Of a stretch of DNA of 64,000 nt, positions 61,380-64,000 are shown piece after piece. The translations under genes and the position numbers were made by a program. The notes under the pieces are model-generated. The model did no database searches. It saw only the letters and a list, made by a program, of their open reading frames with translations, and was not told where the DNA came from. The stretch's first letter is position 1; each line of letters starts with the position of its first letter. This DNA is from Isurus oxyrinchus (taxonomy: Eukaryota), in the NCBI GenBank assembly GCA_026770705.1, contig JANJGN010000021.1:1922001-1986000 (forward strand). The letters run 5' to 3'.

Positions 61380-61750
61380 GAGGAGATGGTGGTGTAGTGG
61401 TAATGTCACTGGACTAGTAATCCAGAAGTTCAGGCTTAATGCTCTGGTGACATGGGTTCAAATCCCACCATGGCAGCTAATGGAATTCAAATTCATTTAG
61501 TAAATCTGGAATTAAAACCTGGTCTCAGACCAGACTATCATTGATTGTTGTAAGAGCCCACCTGATTCATTAATGTCCTTTAGGGAAGGAAATCTGCCAT
61601 CTTAATCCAGTCTGGCCTACATGTGACTGCAGACCCACAGAAACGTGGTTGACTCTTAACTGCCCTCTGAAATGGCCTAGCAAGCCACTGAGCAACAAAT
61701 GCTGGCCTTGCCATCAATGCCCCACATCCCATGAAAAAATAAAAACAAAG
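61380..61750 (+). mobile_element. Full-length tRNA-derived SINE with LINE-derived tail
   Basis: A box ggtgtagtggt, anticodon-loop-like ggactagtaatcc, B box gggttcaaatccc, tail aaatgctggcc..cccacatcccatgaaaaaataaaaa. Confidence 0.85.
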
Positions 61751-64000
61751 TTCTACTTAACAGTACAGTCAAACCCAAACTACTTGTCCCCATCAAAGTG
61801 GCAAAATTGGTCAACAGATCCTATTGTGAATAATGAAAGCACTTACAGTGAATAATACAAGTGTTTACAGGGGCAGAAATTTGATTTTGAATTGGTATGC
61901 AGTCAAACTACCTATCCATCAAATATTTGCAACCTATCTTTAAAAATGAGACCATTCAATCCTTACACTCTCACAGGCTACCCCGCAATAGAATATTACC
62001 TCAACAGTTTTCTCATGACCATGCTGTAGTTATCAATGTAACATCAGACTTGCCATATCTGTCAGTAGCTTGTGACTACCAGTTTACTGTGAATCTTAGC
62101 ACCTGGGTACCAAAAGTGTTCTTAAAGGCAGTTTCATATTCTAACAGGGCAGTCAACAAAGACAAGTGGGAGACAATCTGTCACAGTATAAATGGCCCAA
62201 GGCTCAGGGAATCAGCACGGATCCACGGAAGTGTGGGTTTATCAATGTTCCACTTGAATAAGGAAACCAGTTGCATGAAAGCAAGTCAGTCTTCTGCATT
62301 TCCACTGACTCAGTTATAAAGTGCCCACATTCCACAGCACTCAGCTGCAAATGTCACACTAAGAGGTTGTTCTGCATTGCATGAATTATTAGTAACATAA
62401 AATTCTTTGGATTCTTCCACAGATGTTTAGCTTGTGTTAATTTGGGTGAGGTGTCTTCAGTCTGTTAAATTTTCATTAAAATGTTTAAGATTGAATAAGA
62501 ATTACATCATTGCAGCAAAAGTGTCATGGCACATTGTTGTCATGCCCATGACAGTGACTCAGTGTACATTTAATATACTAAGAAACTTCTGAAAAGTTCA
62601 AAGTGGGTGGGAAATAATTAATCTCAGAAAATGACTGAACTCAGGCGCCCGCACTTGAATTCCACACAGCACGTACTGTATAAAGCACTTCTAAATTTGT
62701 TTGGGAAGAAGTCATGATCGTTCCAGCCACCTCCTCTCTCTCTCTTCCCATCCCCCATGGCACAGGCTGTGTGGTTTGCAGGCCTTTCTGACCCGCTGCT
62801 TCCTGAGTTCTGCTCCATCAGTGGGCTACAGCAGCCTCATTCCTGCATGAGCTCACACGACAGCTCATGCTGTGCAAACAATGGAGATCTGTGCAGTGAC
62901 AGATCTCCATTATCAGCTTCCAAACAAACCATTACTGTTTCCAGAGGCTGCTTCTATCACGATTCCGCAACAAATATTTCCATTTCTCGAAAGTTTATTT
63001 TCAGTGCTGAATGGGCATTGTAAATTTCACATTTTTATATTGCCGCTGACATTTCTTTCCAAGAGGTTTTTACTGGAATTCACTGATATCAGTCAGACAT
63101 TTCTTGTAACACTTCTTGTTCTTTCCTGACATGGGAAGAATTTTCTTATTAATTTGTGTGGATTAACCAATACAGACACACTGCATCCCTCAATGTACTG
63201 TTTTGTCGAGTTTATTCAGTAGAACATATTGTTTGCCATGAACACAGCTATTAGTTATCCAATTTTCATCTTAATTTTGGGTTTATATAAATCTGTGTGT
63301 TTTAAACCTCAGGTTGTAGGGAAAGGAAATTTTTTTATGCTTGGAAATTGCTGTTGTCACCTTATTTGGGCCTTAGCAGCAGAGTTGTGGTTAACTGTGA
63401 TGAAAGTTTTGGGGAGAATTGTGTACAACCTTTTCTGCTCTTGCTTAACATTGCCAACTCCCGTGGATTGCTGGAATGTCTCCCAGGATCACCGATTAGC
63501 CTCTTGAAGCGTTGCTGTTATCTTTGTTGTTGACTTTGGAGAAGCTACAACATTGATGAGATTGCATGCCATGTAGCCAAATGTCACATGATCAAGTGTC
63601 ACATGTTCAGATGTCACATGATTAGATCTCCAGAAACGCAACAAGCCAGAGTTGACAATCCTACTCTGGCTGGTCCCACTCTGCTACATTCAGTGCTAGT
63701 GAGCCAGTAAATGATGTCAGGGATAATGTCAGTATAGTGGCCAGTAACCGAGAAAGAGTGGGAAAAAAATTAATCTATTTATCATTAAAAGAAGACTGTG
63801 GCTTCCTCTATGCAATCTCTCCCTTAATGGCTGTTCTGACTTAGCAAGGTTAACACCTTGTACCAGTGATGGAATAATCTGTCACAAGTTCTTATTAAGC
63901 ATCCAGCCCAGCTCCTTAATTGATGTTCTCACTATCCATTTTTTGCCCTCCAGCAATTTTGTTGCTGTTGGGACATGTGCAGTAAGCTAGCTACAGTGTA

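Noticed and set aside
62624-63129. Short ORFs with weak inverted symmetry (gaactcagg/cctgagttc, ccacacagc/gctgtgtgg)
   Set aside because: No homology recognised, and the symmetry is too weak to call a MITE or RNA structure.

Overview
This is eukaryotic, repeat-dense, non-genic (intronic or intergenic) DNA, most likely from a cartilaginous fish (shark). That assignment is inferred from DeuSINE-type SINEs, CR1 and L2-type LINEs, Penelope tails and Harbinger families. No host protein-coding exon could be recognised, and almost all listed ORFs are transposon remnants or chance ORFs. Main contents: (1) a decayed Gypsy (Gmr1-type) LTR retrotransposon at ~51189-57350 whose integrase/RT region is replaced by an intronless copy of the N-terminal coiled-coil region of the nuclear-basket nucleoporin TPR, i.e. 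apparent host-mRNA capture, which is the most striking feature; (2) a full-length but dead PIF/Harbinger transposon (29561-35578; HARBI1-like transposase plus convergent Myb/SANT gene) with non-autonomous derivatives and MITEs; (3) several Penelope-like insertions, mostly head-to-head palindromes with 12-15 bp target-site duplications and minimal hammerhead-ribozyme motifs, including a young subfamily with a non-canonical CUGUCGA core; (4) solo LTRs, a 21-bp CpG-rich minisatellite, a tRNA-Trp pseudogene and several local inverted or direct duplications. All family assignments come from motif recognition by eye, not database searches, and boundaries of old repeats are approximate.
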